Virus record (IMG/VR): IMGVR_UViG_3300008108_000181
Coordinates: 1 to 64,000 of that record
Strand: one strand, 5' to 3'
DNA length: 64,000 bases
DNA from: a virus
Position numbers and translations under genes: made by a program. Below the pieces are notes generated by a model that was not told where the DNA came from, made no database searches, and saw only the letters and a list, made by a program, of their open reading frames with translations. The first letter of the stretch is position 1, and each line of letters begins with the position of its first letter. This document shows, one piece after another, positions 19,762 to 30,730 of the stretch.

Positions 19762-20795
19762 GATACTTGTTTGTTCTTATTTGCAAACACTTTATATACT
19801 AAAATTGAAAACTTCTCACCGAATTTGTGTAAGAATTTTCCCTTATAATTTTGTTTTGGTAAAACACCCATTTCGTATGCCATGTATTCTGACCAATCTT
19901 TAACAAAATAATTGTAAACGAATTTAGAAAAAGATTTAGATGTTTTTAATCTATTGACAATTGGTTGTGCCCAAATCCAATATCCATACATAACTTCAGG
20001 ATTTTTCTGAAGTACAATATCACCGAATTTAGAATCCATGTCGTAAATGAATTGTGGCATAAATCCTTGATTATACATTTCAGTACAAATGATAGTACCT
20101 CTTCCTTCACTATTTCGTTCATTGAGTGCATTAGCAGCATCTGCAAAGTTATTTTGTGCAGCAACTAAATTATCTTGAATTGTTGCAATAGTGTTATTTG
20201 CTCTATCGATTGTACTTTTTGATTCCTCTTGGAGTGCTATAAATGCTTCCTTTTCTGCAAGTAATCCTTGTAACGATGCTTCTCTCGATACTCGTTCTAT
20301 AGCTTCTTTTACACCTTTAGAAAGTGCAGATTGTAAATCTAATGTTACTGATTGTAGTACTTGGTTTGTAGCATCTCTTTCGTTTTCTGCAGATGATTTT
20401 AATAATTTTTGTAAATCTATATCAATTTGTAATTGTTCTATATCAGTTCTAAGTGATTCGTTTTCTACAAGTAATTGATCTACTTGTTCTTGTAAATCTT
20501 GTATATCAAGAAGAGCTCGATTATACAATCTTCGTAAATCATCATAAATTGTTTTTAGTACAACTGCAGGTGCTTCTACTCGTGGAGGACCTATTAATTC
20601 ATCTACAACGGTATCAACTGCTTTTACAAGTTGTTCATTATTGTAAACGGGTCTTTCAACATATCCAAATGTAGAACCATCAGTATCTACTGAAGTATCT
20701 GATAAAATAATACCTTCAGGAGTCACCTCTTGTTTTAATGCAGCCGAACCACTTTTTATAAGTTCTGATAATATAAATTCGTTACTTAATGCCAT
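19752..20795 (-). CDS. Coiled-coil virion protein with a C-terminal 'IICT' (CFI-box-CTERM-like) domain
   Basis: Heptad-rich middle region, then GRGTIICTEMYNQG...YGYWIWAQPIV. Confidence 0.5.
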   Translation of the reverse strand: MALSNEFILSELIKSGSAALKQEVTPEGIILSDTSVDTDGSTFGYVERPVYNNEQLVKAVDTVVDELIGPPRVEAPAVVLKTIYDDLRRLYNRALLDIQDLQEQVDQLLVENESLRTDIEQLQIDIDLQKLLKSSAENERDATNQVLQSVTLDLQSALSKGVKEAIERVSREASLQGLLAEKEAFIALQEESKSTIDRANNTIATIQDNLVAAQNNFADAANALNERNSEGRGTIICTEMYNQGFMPQFIYDMDSKFGDIVLQKNPEVMYGYWIWAQPIVNRLKTSKSFSKFVYNYFVKDWSEYMAYEMGVLPKQNYKGKFLHKFGEKFSILVYKVFANKNKQVSWQ

Positions 20796-21856
20796 TATTT
20801 TTCTACTAAGAATGTTAAATCTCTATCTGAGAAGTATTCTATTACACCATCTCTATCTATTTTTATTTCAATATAGTATTCTCTATTAGTTTGCCAATTT
20901 TGTAAATTTAACTTAAAAAAGTTACCATTGGAATCACAACTAACTTTTGAATAATCACCAAATGGTATAATTACATCATCAGTAACGATATCCTTTATTT
21001 GATAATAGGTTGTTGATGGTAAGTATTTTAAATCAGTATATGTATAAAAATTAGTATAAGTTTTTAATGGATATTTTTCTCTACCAAATACTCTAATTTC
21101 AGGTTTACTACCAATTTTATATTTACTTTTTAATCGTTTAAATGTCACATGGATATCATCAGATGTAAGTTCTGTAAGTGAACCAGTTGTGAAAATAGAA
21201 TCGTCCCATCCAACTCTTAATTTTGGTTGGTATATTGTATTTGTTTCTTTGGAAAAGAATTTTAATTGACCATAATCATTTGCATCATTTTCTAATGAAG
21301 AATCGTATTTTATAATAAATCCATTATTTGGAAGTGAACCACTTAACCATAATTCGATTGTATTTTTTACATCGATTGATAAATCTGCAGTCTGATATTC
21401 AAATGATTGTGTTGCCTGAGATGCAGTATACCAAGTTCCTCCTCTACCATTATAAGAACCAGTTGAATCCAATGATAACGAATCTGCCATTAACCAATTC
21501 GTATTAGTAGATTTGTGATTCCATGTTATACCATCACCCGAAATCTCATCAAAACGAGTTCCAATTCCCATTTCCCAAGATTGAGAAACCGGGTAGGCAT
21601 ATATTGTATATGATAATGGTATTTCAGATGCTTCGGCTTCATGTAAAATAAGGTCAACCGAACTCATTGTTACGTGTCCACTCACTATTGATGATGAAAG
21701 ATTATTCAAATCAAACTGAATGAATGTACGAGCAACATCTTTTAGATTTCCATAATAAGTTTTAGAAACTTCTAATATTTCATCTAATCCAGTATTCTGG
21801 GTTGGTTGTTGTAAATATATTGATGCATCTTTTGATGCTGTTAAAAAATAATACAT
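20795..21856 (-). CDS. Virion structural protein (DNRLRE/CBM96-like domain)
   Basis: ASKDASIY...NTG.DEILEV, R.FIQFDL, W..G..PNNGFIIK and F.SKE.....PKL.V pattern. Confidence 0.5.
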   Translation of the reverse strand: MYYFLTASKDASIYLQQPTQNTGLDEILEVSKTYYGNLKDVARTFIQFDLNNLSSSIVSGHVTMSSVDLILHEAEASEIPLSYTIYAYPVSQSWEMGIGTRFDEISGDGITWNHKSTNTNWLMADSLSLDSTGSYNGRGGTWYTASQATQSFEYQTADLSIDVKNTIELWLSGSLPNNGFIIKYDSSLENDANDYGQLKFFSKETNTIYQPKLRVGWDDSIFTTGSLTELTSDDIHVTFKRLKSKYKIGSKPEIRVFGREKYPLKTYTNFYTYTDLKYLPSTTYYQIKDIVTDDVIIPFGDYSKVSCDSNGNFFKLNLQNWQTNREYYIEIKIDRDGVIEYFSDRDLTFLVEK

Positions 21857-23871
21857 TATATAGCCCTCCCCTTAATGTCTTTATTTGGAAATTTAACTTC
21901 AAATACCGATGGATCTAATGATGGATATACCATCTTACCCTTTGTTGCAGCTCGAATATTATATGAATTTTTAGAATAACTACCCAAACATTTATTTACA
22001 ATTTCACACTTAGGTACTGATTGAACTCCCTCTACACCTGCGATTAATAATTCAACTTCTGAAATATTAATTGGCATATTGAATGTCCAATTATCTATAT
22101 TAAAGTATTGTTGAAGTTCGGTGATACAACGAGTTAAAACTTCTCTCTTGTTATATCCACCATAAACTCTAATTTCAAAATCAACACCAATATTAATTAC
22201 AAACCCATCCAATAGATTTACACCATCAGTTAATAATCTATATTCATTCATGTATGTTTTTAGATTTTCTTTTACTGCTCTATTGAGAGGTGTTAAATTT
22301 TTATTTAGGTTATAGCCTAAAACATATAAATTAATTGCAAATGGATTATTTTTTTCTTGTATATTATTTTTCTTACCAATTAAAAATTTTTGAACTTCTT
22401 GTTTAATTTGGTCTTCAGTTAATTCTCGATTTTTTAAATCAGTAATTAAACCAGTAAATTCATCCAACACATCAGGATTTGCCAAAATAGAAGAAGGTGA
22501 ATTATTATCTAATTCTCCATCGGGTGCACAATATGCTTTAGCAATTCCACCGTATTTTGGAGGAAGTGATAATGCTCTTACTTGATAATCTTTACGAGTT
22601 ACCGCTCTGTTTTGTGAACCAAAGTTAGCAAGTGAATTTTCTCTGATTTCTTCAATAGTTTCTGCACCTCTACCTCCAGTTGCAGGAATTTCATTATCCA
22701 CTGCAACTGATGCCTTCATTGAATTATATAATCGTAATTCATCTGGAGTAAAAGTTGTAGTATCATCATCGAATTCAATTCTATCAATTTTAGTTAAATC
22801 TCCTTTTGGTACATTGGAACTAATACCACCTCCAACTAAATACGAAACCGTAAGTGTCGTATTAGATGGTGCCTGACCGTATGTATTGGTTTTTAAGAAA
22901 TTTGCCGGGTCAAACGATGAACCTAATTTATTAATTGAAGAATTAAGTCCTAATCCTACATTTTTAAAGTTTGGTATTAGAGTTTCATCACTTGAGTTTA
23001 TTCCACCTCCAAATATAAGTGTGGTTGTATTATTTTCGTTTACTTGTTTTACAAATCTACGAGAAGTTTTAATTAACTTTAATATGTTTGGAACTGAATC
23101 TTTAAATTGAACTAAATCTTTATCGGTTTGTTCGGAATTTGGATAATCTATATACACCATTTCTTGTGCAAGATATGGTACCTCATACCATTTATTTCCA
23201 TTAGAATCTCGAACATCGTAAATATCAATTACATTTGTATCTCCTATTTCTATTTTAGAGAATTGTTGTGCAGAACTAAATGATACATTTTGAGATCTTA
23301 AAGTTGCCGAAATAGCATTAACATATTTTTTAACCAAGTATAAATTAGGTTCACCTGTTATGCTGTCATTTCTATATACACTTATTTCTCGTTCATCCTC
23401 AACATTAAAATCTAATAATTCAGTTGTTCTGAATACAACTGAACTTGGGCCGGATACCAACATACCTTCCTTAATTCTTAAAAAATAAGTTTCATCAGGT
23501 TTAATATCACTTCCAGTTCGTGTTGCCGGTACTAATTGATATACTGATAATTTTGTAATTGCAGGAGATGTTACTTTGGGTTTATATCCTAAATAGTTTG
23601 CAAGAGCGATAACATTATTTTTATCCTCTGCATATAACATCATTGATTCTTTTAATGAATCATCAACATAGTATGATAGAACATCACCTATATACGATGC
23701 CATTTCAATAAATAACATACCAGGGGATGCCTCATTGAAATCGGAATAAGTTTTTGGGAAATATGTTTTTGCGTATTCAATTAAATTACGTCTAAATGAT
23801 GCAAAATCTTTATTAAGATATTTTATATCTCTACCCTGATTACTTCTTCTTGTTGTACTATTTAGTGCCAT
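21856..23871 (-). CDS. Baseplate wedge subunit (T4 gp6 / baseplate J-like)
   Basis: DFASFRRNLIEYAKTYFPKTYSDFNEASPGMLFIEMASYIGDVLSYY, ATGGRGAETIEEIR and QNRAVTRKDY. Confidence 0.88.
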   Translation of the reverse strand: MALNSTTRRSNQGRDIKYLNKDFASFRRNLIEYAKTYFPKTYSDFNEASPGMLFIEMASYIGDVLSYYVDDSLKESMMLYAEDKNNVIALANYLGYKPKVTSPAITKLSVYQLVPATRTGSDIKPDETYFLRIKEGMLVSGPSSVVFRTTELLDFNVEDEREISVYRNDSITGEPNLYLVKKYVNAISATLRSQNVSFSSAQQFSKIEIGDTNVIDIYDVRDSNGNKWYEVPYLAQEMVYIDYPNSEQTDKDLVQFKDSVPNILKLIKTSRRFVKQVNENNTTTLIFGGGINSSDETLIPNFKNVGLGLNSSINKLGSSFDPANFLKTNTYGQAPSNTTLTVSYLVGGGISSNVPKGDLTKIDRIEFDDDTTTFTPDELRLYNSMKASVAVDNEIPATGGRGAETIEEIRENSLANFGSQNRAVTRKDYQVRALSLPPKYGGIAKAYCAPDGELDNNSPSSILANPDVLDEFTGLITDLKNRELTEDQIKQEVQKFLIGKKNNIQEKNNPFAINLYVLGYNLNKNLTPLNRAVKENLKTYMNEYRLLTDGVNLLDGFVINIGVDFEIRVYGGYNKREVLTRCITELQQYFNIDNWTFNMPINISEVELLIAGVEGVQSVPKCEIVNKCLGSYSKNSYNIRAATKGKMVYPSLDPSVFEVKFPNKDIKGRAI

Positions 23872-23875
23872 TTAA

Positions 23876-24307
23876 TTAACCTCGTATCGTAAATGTTATT
23901 TCTTCTGTATTTATTTGATTACCAACTGTAAATTGAATATTCATATTTGCGATATTTCTATCTTTCATCTCATCTGTCATTTCAATATCGATTTGTTTGA
24001 TAGTAATATATGGTAACCAATAATTTACATTAGTTGTTATTGTTTCTTCTAATCTAGTTTCAAAATCATCTGTCATTTGTTCAAAAAGTAAAGATTGTAA
24101 TCCAGTACCAAAGTTGGGTTGCATAACTCGTTCACCTTTTTTGGTAAGTAAGAGATTTTTTAAATTAGCTTTTGCTTGTTCAAAGACAGAAAATGCTTGA
24201 TTAAAATATCCAGTATTACCTCGTTGGACAGGTAGAGTAATACCGTAAGCAAAATCATTAAATGCTTCAGTATCTTTTACAATCTTTTTATTTAAAACAT
24301 ATGCCAT
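23876..24307 (-). CDS. Baseplate wedge subunit (T4 gp25/gpW-like)
   Basis: NLKNLLLTKKGERVMQPNFGTGLQSLLFE. Confidence 0.9.
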   Translation of the reverse strand: MAYVLNKKIVKDTEAFNDFAYGITLPVQRGNTGYFNQAFSVFEQAKANLKNLLLTKKGERVMQPNFGTGLQSLLFEQMTDDFETRLEETITTNVNYWLPYITIKQIDIEMTDEMKDRNIANMNIQFTVGNQINTEEITFTIRG

Positions 24308-24309
24308 TA

Positions 24310-24945
24310 TTACTTATTGAACCTCTTAACTAATTGAGAGTAATCTCGGTTTAATGCTTTATCTAATGCTTCGTTTCCAGTTTTGACACCCAAACCACCT
24401 CGTTGAGCACCGCCACCAAAATCACCATAACCCATTTTCTCTGCCATTTGATTTCTCATAGCACCCAAACCTACTTGTGCAGTTACTGGATTATTAAATG
24501 TAAATGTTTCATCAATATCAGGTTCTGCATCCATATAAGAAGGAACATAAGATGCTACTTCTTGAATGGGTTGTTGGTATGTATCTAAAATTGAAGTACC
24601 ACCACCAAGACCACTTCTTTGAGCAGAACTAAATGGTTGTGTTTGATTTAGTATTTCATTCAATACCGGATTTTTTGTAAACTCTTTTGTTGGTTTATTT
24701 TGAGTTTGTTGTCTTTCTTTTTGTAAGACAGATTCTGCAAGAGCAAAAGGGTCTAATTCTTTTGTTTTAGTTGTAGTTTGAATCGGAGTTTTACTTTTTG
24801 TTTCTTTTAAAAGTTTTACCATTTTGGCATTAACTTCTTCTTCCAAAATTTTTGGAAAAATTTTAGTTAGAAAATGTTCTTGTTTTTTAGCAACTTCCGC
24901 TTCTACAATTACTTGAATTAACTTTGCTAATTTTTTACTATCCAT
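24310..24945 (-). CDS. Hypothetical protein (late-expressed)
   Basis: 211-aa ORF with a late motif at 24966-24976. Confidence 0.65.
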   Translation of the reverse strand: MDSKKLAKLIQVIVEAEVAKKQEHFLTKIFPKILEEEVNAKMVKLLKETKSKTPIQTTTKTKELDPFALAESVLQKERQQTQNKPTKEFTKNPVLNEILNQTQPFSSAQRSGLGGGTSILDTYQQPIQEVASYVPSYMDAEPDIDETFTFNNPVTAQVGLGAMRNQMAEKMGYGDFGGGAQRGGLGVKTGNEALDKALNRDYSQLVKRFNK

Positions 24946-25003
24946 TTTTATTCGGTTTTATTCTTTATATAAATATACCTTTTATGGATTTTGTATTCTA
25001 AAT

Positions 25004-25030
25004 AAAAAAAGGGAGTTTTCACTCCCTTTT
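25004..25030 (-). terminator. Rho-independent terminator
   Basis: GGGAGT-GAAA-ACTCCC followed by a T7 tract on the minus strand. Confidence 0.85.
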
Positions 25031-25033
25031 AAT

Positions 25034-26230
25034 TTAATTACCTTTAGATGGGAACCTAGTCCATCCATTACTCCAAATTGGTTTATCTAATTCAGGTATT
25101 ACCACATCTATCTCCTTATTGCTCTTTGAAAGTGCTAGAGTTTTCAATTGGTCATTAGTTAGGATTGTAGTTGCCTTACTGATAAAGTTTAAGGTAGGAT
25201 TAAATGTTCCTACTGAATTGTTTTCAAATACTGAAACTCCATCTTTTACAAATCCTGCAGTTTCATTACTTTCCAAACTCAAACCACCTTTCATCCAACC
25301 CCACACAATACTGTTCTTCATTGTGAATTGAGTTGCTCTCCTAAATCTCAAACCTAAATTGTGATTTGCTAATGCAGTAGATACATTAGGTCCAACTAAA
25401 ATCATATTGTAAAGTTTCGGATGTGTGTATGGTTGTGCAGGTGAACCCGTTCCATCGTTATCACATTCAACACCATTTCCAGCATCACCACTATCTACGA
25501 ATTGTGGGTCTCTCTTTGCTACACCATTTGTAATTGTTCCAGTATATCCAAAATCAAAATCAAAATCATCATCTGCGGTTGCGAATGCGTATAGATTTCT
25601 TGCAGATACTGTTCCACCAAAGAATTCAAATGCATCATCGTTAGCGTAGATAGTTTGAACATTCTCAACGATTGTTCCACTACCAACTCCACCCAATGTT
25701 AGTGCATTGATTTCTGAGTTTGGAAGTGCAGCAATACCTGCGTATTCAATTCTTACAAAACGAAGAACACCACTATTATCTAAATCGTTTGTTCCTCCAT
25801 AAGGTCTACCAATACCACCTTCAATAGTTGGTTCTGATGTTCTATTGGTTTTTGCTCTACCCAATATCACAATACCACCCCAATCTCCAGGTGCTCTTTC
25901 TCCAACTGCTTTACCTGAAGTAAATACGATTGGTTTTGTTGCAGTTCCTTCTGCTACAATTTGTGCTCCTCTTTCAATTACCAATGCACCTTTCTCACTT
26001 ATATCGGATACGATTGTAGTTCCAGGTTGAATAATTAGTTTTGCTCCATCGGTTACATATACATAACCTTTCAATGTCCAAACTTTATCCGCAGTTAAAG
26101 TTGTTGTTGTGTTTATGTTACCGGAAATTGTTGTAGTTGATGGAATGTTAATTGGTCCATCACCTCCACCCAATTCGGTTTCACAACTTAATAATCCGAA
26201 TGCTAAAATAGCTACTAATAGTTTTTTCAT
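25034..26230 (-). CDS. Bacteroidota-type beta-helix surface lipoprotein (TonB-receptor partner)
   Basis: Lipobox MKKLLVAILAFGLLS-C. ALVIERGAQIVAEGT..PIVFTS...PGDWGGIVILG and DDAFEFFGG motifs. Confidence 0.75.
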   Translation of the reverse strand: MKKLLVAILAFGLLSCETELGGGDGPINIPSTTTISGNINTTTTLTADKVWTLKGYVYVTDGAKLIIQPGTTIVSDISEKGALVIERGAQIVAEGTATKPIVFTSGKAVGERAPGDWGGIVILGRAKTNRTSEPTIEGGIGRPYGGTNDLDNSGVLRFVRIEYAGIAALPNSEINALTLGGVGSGTIVENVQTIYANDDAFEFFGGTVSARNLYAFATADDDFDFDFGYTGTITNGVAKRDPQFVDSGDAGNGVECDNDGTGSPAQPYTHPKLYNMILVGPNVSTALANHNLGLRFRRATQFTMKNSIVWGWMKGGLSLESNETAGFVKDGVSVFENNSVGTFNPTLNFISKATTILTNDQLKTLALSKSNKEIDVVIPELDKPIWSNGWTRFPSKGN

Positions 26231-28704
26231 AGTGTTAAATTTAGTGTTAATGAAACTGTTTGTTCGTTGTTTGTTTTAATTAAATCTCTGTTTTGTAACT
26301 TTTGGTAAAAGATTGATGATTGAGCAAATACATCACCTATTGCCAATTTTAATTCTCCCTTTGGAAGTTTGTATAAGAATGTAATATCTAATACATCTCT
26401 ACTATTTTCAAAGATGTCAGGATACCCCTGAAATCCTACTGCTGATATTCTATCTCCAACCCTATTATAGGTTATATTAAGGGTTTCATTCTTTTTGTGT
26501 ATATTCACCCCACCGTTTAACACATAGGTTGACTGTCCTTGTAATTGTCTTTTAACACCATTCACTTCAACTTCGGAATTCATTACCGATGTATTTGCGT
26601 ATATATCAAACCAACCATTTATCTTTTTTCTTGCTTCCAATTCAACACCATATAGGATAGCTGAATTTGGATTGGTGTAGGTTAGAAGGAGGTTAGATGG
26701 AACCGAACCATCTGCTACAATTTGTTCTATTGGATTGATAAAGTTTTTACCAAATAGGGAAATGGAAATGTTCTCACCTGTATTCGGATACCATTCGTAT
26801 TTAAGGTCAGCATTGTATATATCAGTTTTCTCTAAATTAGAGTTACCCAATAGTTGTGCGTTTCTAACAAAATCATAATACGCAAAATTTGCTACTTCTC
26901 TGAACTCTGGTCTTACTAATGTTTTACTTAATGAAAATCTATACTTTGTTTTTTCTTCGTTATATGAAAGGTTTAGGGATGGTAGTATATCCAAATACTC
27001 TCTATCTACATTTACTTTCTGTCCACTAAAATCTGCGGTTTGGACATCAAATAAATTGTACTCACCTCTTAATCCAGTGTTTAGTTTCCACTTACCAAAT
27101 TCGGTATCATACATTGTGTATAACGAACCCAAATCAAAATCTGCCGTGTATCTATCAGTATTGTTTGTTATCTCATCTAACATATCATTTGATACATAAC
27201 GAAATACTCTAGCATTAAATCCTCGCATCTTTTTTAGGTAACCACCACCTACTTTAATCTTACCAAACTCTTTGTTGATATTACCATTCAAAGAGTTCTC
27301 ATCCATCACACTCCAAAAACGATATGTATCTCTCCACGCAGTTTGATATGGTTCATCTACCCCCAATGATTTTGTAATTGGATTAACTCTATAATCGGGT
27401 TGTTCTCTGAAGGTGTATGTGTATCCTAAATTGAAATCCCAAGTCTTAACCTTACCATCTAATTGAGAACTGATTACAACATTGTTAATATGATTTGATG
27501 CCGTAGATAAAACATTCTGCACGTTATCAAAGTTATCACCAGTACGAGTTAGGTATGTATCATCGGTTTGGTAGTTCACTAATGTTTTCCAACTATATCT
27601 ATTCTCACCCAAATAAGTCAAATTGAATAAACCATTTGTTGAAAATCTTTTTGTGAATAGAACATCTTTGTAATCATAAGCCAATTCGGTTGATGATTGG
27701 TAATCCTTTCTATCAATGTTATTTATTGTAAATGAGTTCCTTACGGTAGAACTGAATAAGGAGTTCCATTTTCCGTTTACATATCCGAATGATACACCAC
27801 CATTTAAGTTCTGAATAGATTGGATTGTTTCAGTTGATGGATTACCAAATAGTTTAGTGTAAGCTCTCTTATCACCATTACCACTAATTCGGTATTTGTA
27901 TGTGGATGGGAATGTGGAGGGGAAATCGGTAGCTTGAACTAACTTAAAATCTCTAAAAGTTGAAACCGAACCCCAACCACTTCCCGATGATATATTAAAA
28001 AAGTTATCAGATACTTCTTTAGTTGTTATCTGAACCAATCCACCTGCCCAATCACCTGGTAGATTTGCCGATGCTGATTTAGCAACTATTATGTTATCAA
28101 TTAGTGATGTGGGGATTATATCAAATGAGAATGCTCTCCTATCGGGTTCGGTTGATGGTAGTGGGGTTTTGTTTAGTAGTGCCGAATTATATCTATCTGC
28201 TAATCCTCTTACTAATACAAACTTATCGTTTTGTATTGTTACACCACTTACTCTTTTAAGAGCATCTCCAACATTTCTATCGGGTGTCTTTTTGATAAAT
28301 TCTATGGATAATCCATCTGATACAACATTACTATTTCGTATTGATTTAACAATAGTTATATCATTTACTTTTTGGGATACACCTTGAACAATAACTTCTG
28401 ATAAATCAGTAGCATCATCTGGGAATATAATATCGAATTCAGTATCGGTATCGAATACCACTTCGTTTGTGTATTCTTTGTATCCAACAAATGAAGATTT
28501 TATTTGATACTTTCCGTTTTCTAATTGAATTAAATACTTACCATCGGTATCGGAAAGTGTTGTAAAAATACCACCCTTATCATTTATAAAAGAAATATGA
28601 GAAAAGTAAAGTGTTTCGGATTTTGATTTTGTAGTTCCCTTTATTGTTACTTGCGAAAACAATAAATTGGGTAGTAATAAAAGTATTAGTAAAAACCTTT
28701 TCAT
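26227..28704 (-). CDS. TonB-dependent outer membrane receptor
   Basis: Signal peptide, carboxypeptidase-regulatory-like N-domain, plug (DALKRVSGVT...VRGLADRYN...FDIIP..ID.I.V.KS), and a beta-barrel ending in alternating LTLNLTL. Confidence 0.9.
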   Translation of the reverse strand: MKRFLLILLLLPNLLFSQVTIKGTTKSKSETLYFSHISFINDKGGIFTTLSDTDGKYLIQLENGKYQIKSSFVGYKEYTNEVVFDTDTEFDIIFPDDATDLSEVIVQGVSQKVNDITIVKSIRNSNVVSDGLSIEFIKKTPDRNVGDALKRVSGVTIQNDKFVLVRGLADRYNSALLNKTPLPSTEPDRRAFSFDIIPTSLIDNIIVAKSASANLPGDWAGGLVQITTKEVSDNFFNISSGSGWGSVSTFRDFKLVQATDFPSTFPSTYKYRISGNGDKRAYTKLFGNPSTETIQSIQNLNGGVSFGYVNGKWNSLFSSTVRNSFTINNIDRKDYQSSTELAYDYKDVLFTKRFSTNGLFNLTYLGENRYSWKTLVNYQTDDTYLTRTGDNFDNVQNVLSTASNHINNVVISSQLDGKVKTWDFNLGYTYTFREQPDYRVNPITKSLGVDEPYQTAWRDTYRFWSVMDENSLNGNINKEFGKIKVGGGYLKKMRGFNARVFRYVSNDMLDEITNNTDRYTADFDLGSLYTMYDTEFGKWKLNTGLRGEYNLFDVQTADFSGQKVNVDREYLDILPSLNLSYNEEKTKYRFSLSKTLVRPEFREVANFAYYDFVRNAQLLGNSNLEKTDIYNADLKYEWYPNTGENISISLFGKNFINPIEQIVADGSVPSNLLLTYTNPNSAILYGVELEARKKINGWFDIYANTSVMNSEVEVNGVKRQLQGQSTYVLNGGVNIHKKNETLNITYNRVGDRISAVGFQGYPDIFENSRDVLDITFLYKLPKGELKLAIGDVFAQSSIFYQKLQNRDLIKTNNEQTVSLTLNLTL

Positions 28705-28801
28705 AGTTATAAAGTTAGTTCTCCAATAACTATTATGGGGTTTTTTTAAAATTTTAACTTTTTGATTAACAAATTATTATCAAATTGTTTATAATAATGT
28801 A

Positions 28802-29788
28802 TTATTTGTATCTAAAAAGTGCAGCTTCTTCTCTTCTTCTTCTAATTAATCCTGTATAAACTTTACCATCTTCTGCTCCTTTACTTGGACCATTTTCAAT
28901 ACCTACTGCAGCTTCCTCAAACTTACCAGCTTTTATATTATCGATTATATCTGGATAATAGTAGAAACTTCCACAATTATACGCAAAAGATACTAATCCT
29001 GCTTTTTGTGTTTTAGTTAACGCATCAAAAGTTTCTTTTGGCATCTGATAAATCCTTCCTTGCGGATTTTTAGCATTACCTACTACTTTATAATAAAATG
29101 TATTTCTAACTTGATATTGTAAAACTAACATAGCATCTTCTTTGGTAGTTGTATCACCATATTGTACTGTTCTAGTTGTCCAAGGATTTGCTTTTACTAA
29201 TAGCATCGATGTACCATAGCCTAATCGTGGATTTCCTTGGTCATTTCTAGCAGTATCACGAAATGATTCTTTCCTAGCAATATATTGAGCTGCAATAACA
29301 TCCCATGTTGCACCAAAATCTATTTTGGTTAAACTTGGTTCAGTACCTGCTGGGAAATTAGATGTACCAGTGTTTGTTGGAGTATTGGATTCTTGTTTAA
29401 CTTCAGTTGATTTTACTTTAACCAAATCAGTTGCTGTAGAATTAAAACCGTTTCCACCGAGTCCTGCACTTGTACTACCATCGGTTTCCAATCGAGTTTC
29501 GTTCCATTCTTTATTCACAATCGGGTCAGTTTCTAATTCAACTTGAACCGAAACAATAGTATTATCATATTGTGGCTCAGGTGGTGTTTGCATTGGAACT
29601 TCAGGGCCGCCAGCCCCACTTGGTGGTATAGTATAACCTGTCCAAGTTTTAAATCCCGGCAATGGTAGTGGTGACGGCATTATAGTACCAATGGTGATAT
29701 AAATACCACCTACTGTTTGTAAATGTAATTGCATTTGAGTAATTAACTGGTTTAAAAACACTTCACTATTATCAGTTGGTCTTGCCAT
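28802..29788 (-). CDS. Virion-associated lysozyme (GH24-like C-terminal domain)
   Basis: ESFRDTARNDQGNPRLGYGT (E...D....GYG), LVSFAYNCG and GLIRRRREEAALF. Confidence 0.75.
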   Translation of the reverse strand: MARPTDNSEVFLNQLITQMQLHLQTVGGIYITIGTIMPSPLPLPGFKTWTGYTIPPSGAGGPEVPMQTPPEPQYDNTIVSVQVELETDPIVNKEWNETRLETDGSTSAGLGGNGFNSTATDLVKVKSTEVKQESNTPTNTGTSNFPAGTEPSLTKIDFGATWDVIAAQYIARKESFRDTARNDQGNPRLGYGTSMLLVKANPWTTRTVQYGDTTTKEDAMLVLQYQVRNTFYYKVVGNAKNPQGRIYQMPKETFDALTKTQKAGLVSFAYNCGSFYYYPDIIDNIKAGKFEEAAVGIENGPSKGAEDGKVYTGLIRRRREEAALFRYK

Positions 29789-29794
29789 ATCTTA

Positions 29795-30730
29795 TTATCC
29801 TCCCTTTTGTGATTCAACTGCAGCTATACCATTTTCATTTAATCTCCAAAGAGCAACTGTATTAAAATCAACACCGCTTGTTTGAACCTTACCTTGAGTG
29901 AAATCACTAACCCAAGCAAATCCGGTCCAAACTTGTATGTGACCGTATCTTTTTGATTTATATCCCTGTGCAATCACATCTCCAACTTGCCATTTTGTAG
30001 AGTCTTTAATCCACTCTTCATCTACCTTGACCTTATTGTGATAATATGTGGTACCCCCAACATCAATTGCAAAAGAAGAGGCACCAGTTGAGTTAGTATC
30101 AGTACCGGGACTTTTAAACGAAAACCAATCTGCATGCCCTCGTATTGTACCAAGTTCATTTTTACCAGTCAGTGCAGCAACTACTGCTTGAGTACCTTGT
30201 GGACATAATCCATGTATATCTTGAATATAACCTCTTCTTAAATTTTCATATTTTACTCGTGGATTCTTACCAAGTTTTGGTGCAAGACTCCCTGCAATTT
30301 GTAATAATTTATCTAAAGTACGATATCCACTTTTTACCTCTTTAGAATCAACTATTTCTTTTAATCCTTGTTCTTCAACTGCATCATCAATTATTTGTGT
30401 TTTAACATTATTTAATTGAGTTGCTGCTGATTTTTCCAAATCAGTAACAGCTTTGGCATCAATTATTTTTTGTTGTATTTTTTCAGAATTTGGATTTATA
30501 ATTTCTTGAACCTCTGGATCATTTTTATCTAATGAAACTCTACTCCAATCTAATTTTTGATAAACATCATAATTAATAGGGTCTGGGTCAAGTGGGGTTT
30601 CCAATGTCACATCCGATGGAGTCCATACACCCGAATTTGTTGTAAAGTTAGATATTTGTGAAATGTGCACAAAAACTCCAAGTGGTGTTATTGATGGAAT
30701 TGGTGGTGGAAATAATCGCATTGTTGCCAT
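29795..30730 (-). CDS. Virion-associated NlpC/P60-CHAP-like peptidoglycan amidase/peptidase
   Basis: Catalytic Cys in GLCPQGTQAVVAAL, then QVGDVI and YGHIQVWTGFAWVSDF. Confidence 0.65.
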   Translation of the reverse strand: MATMRLFPPPIPSITPLGVFVHISQISNFTTNSGVWTPSDVTLETPLDPDPINYDVYQKLDWSRVSLDKNDPEVQEIINPNSEKIQQKIIDAKAVTDLEKSAATQLNNVKTQIIDDAVEEQGLKEIVDSKEVKSGYRTLDKLLQIAGSLAPKLGKNPRVKYENLRRGYIQDIHGLCPQGTQAVVAALTGKNELGTIRGHADWFSFKSPGTDTNSTGASSFAIDVGGTTYYHNKVKVDEEWIKDSTKWQVGDVIAQGYKSKRYGHIQVWTGFAWVSDFTQGKVQTSGVDFNTVALWRLNENGIAAVESQKGG

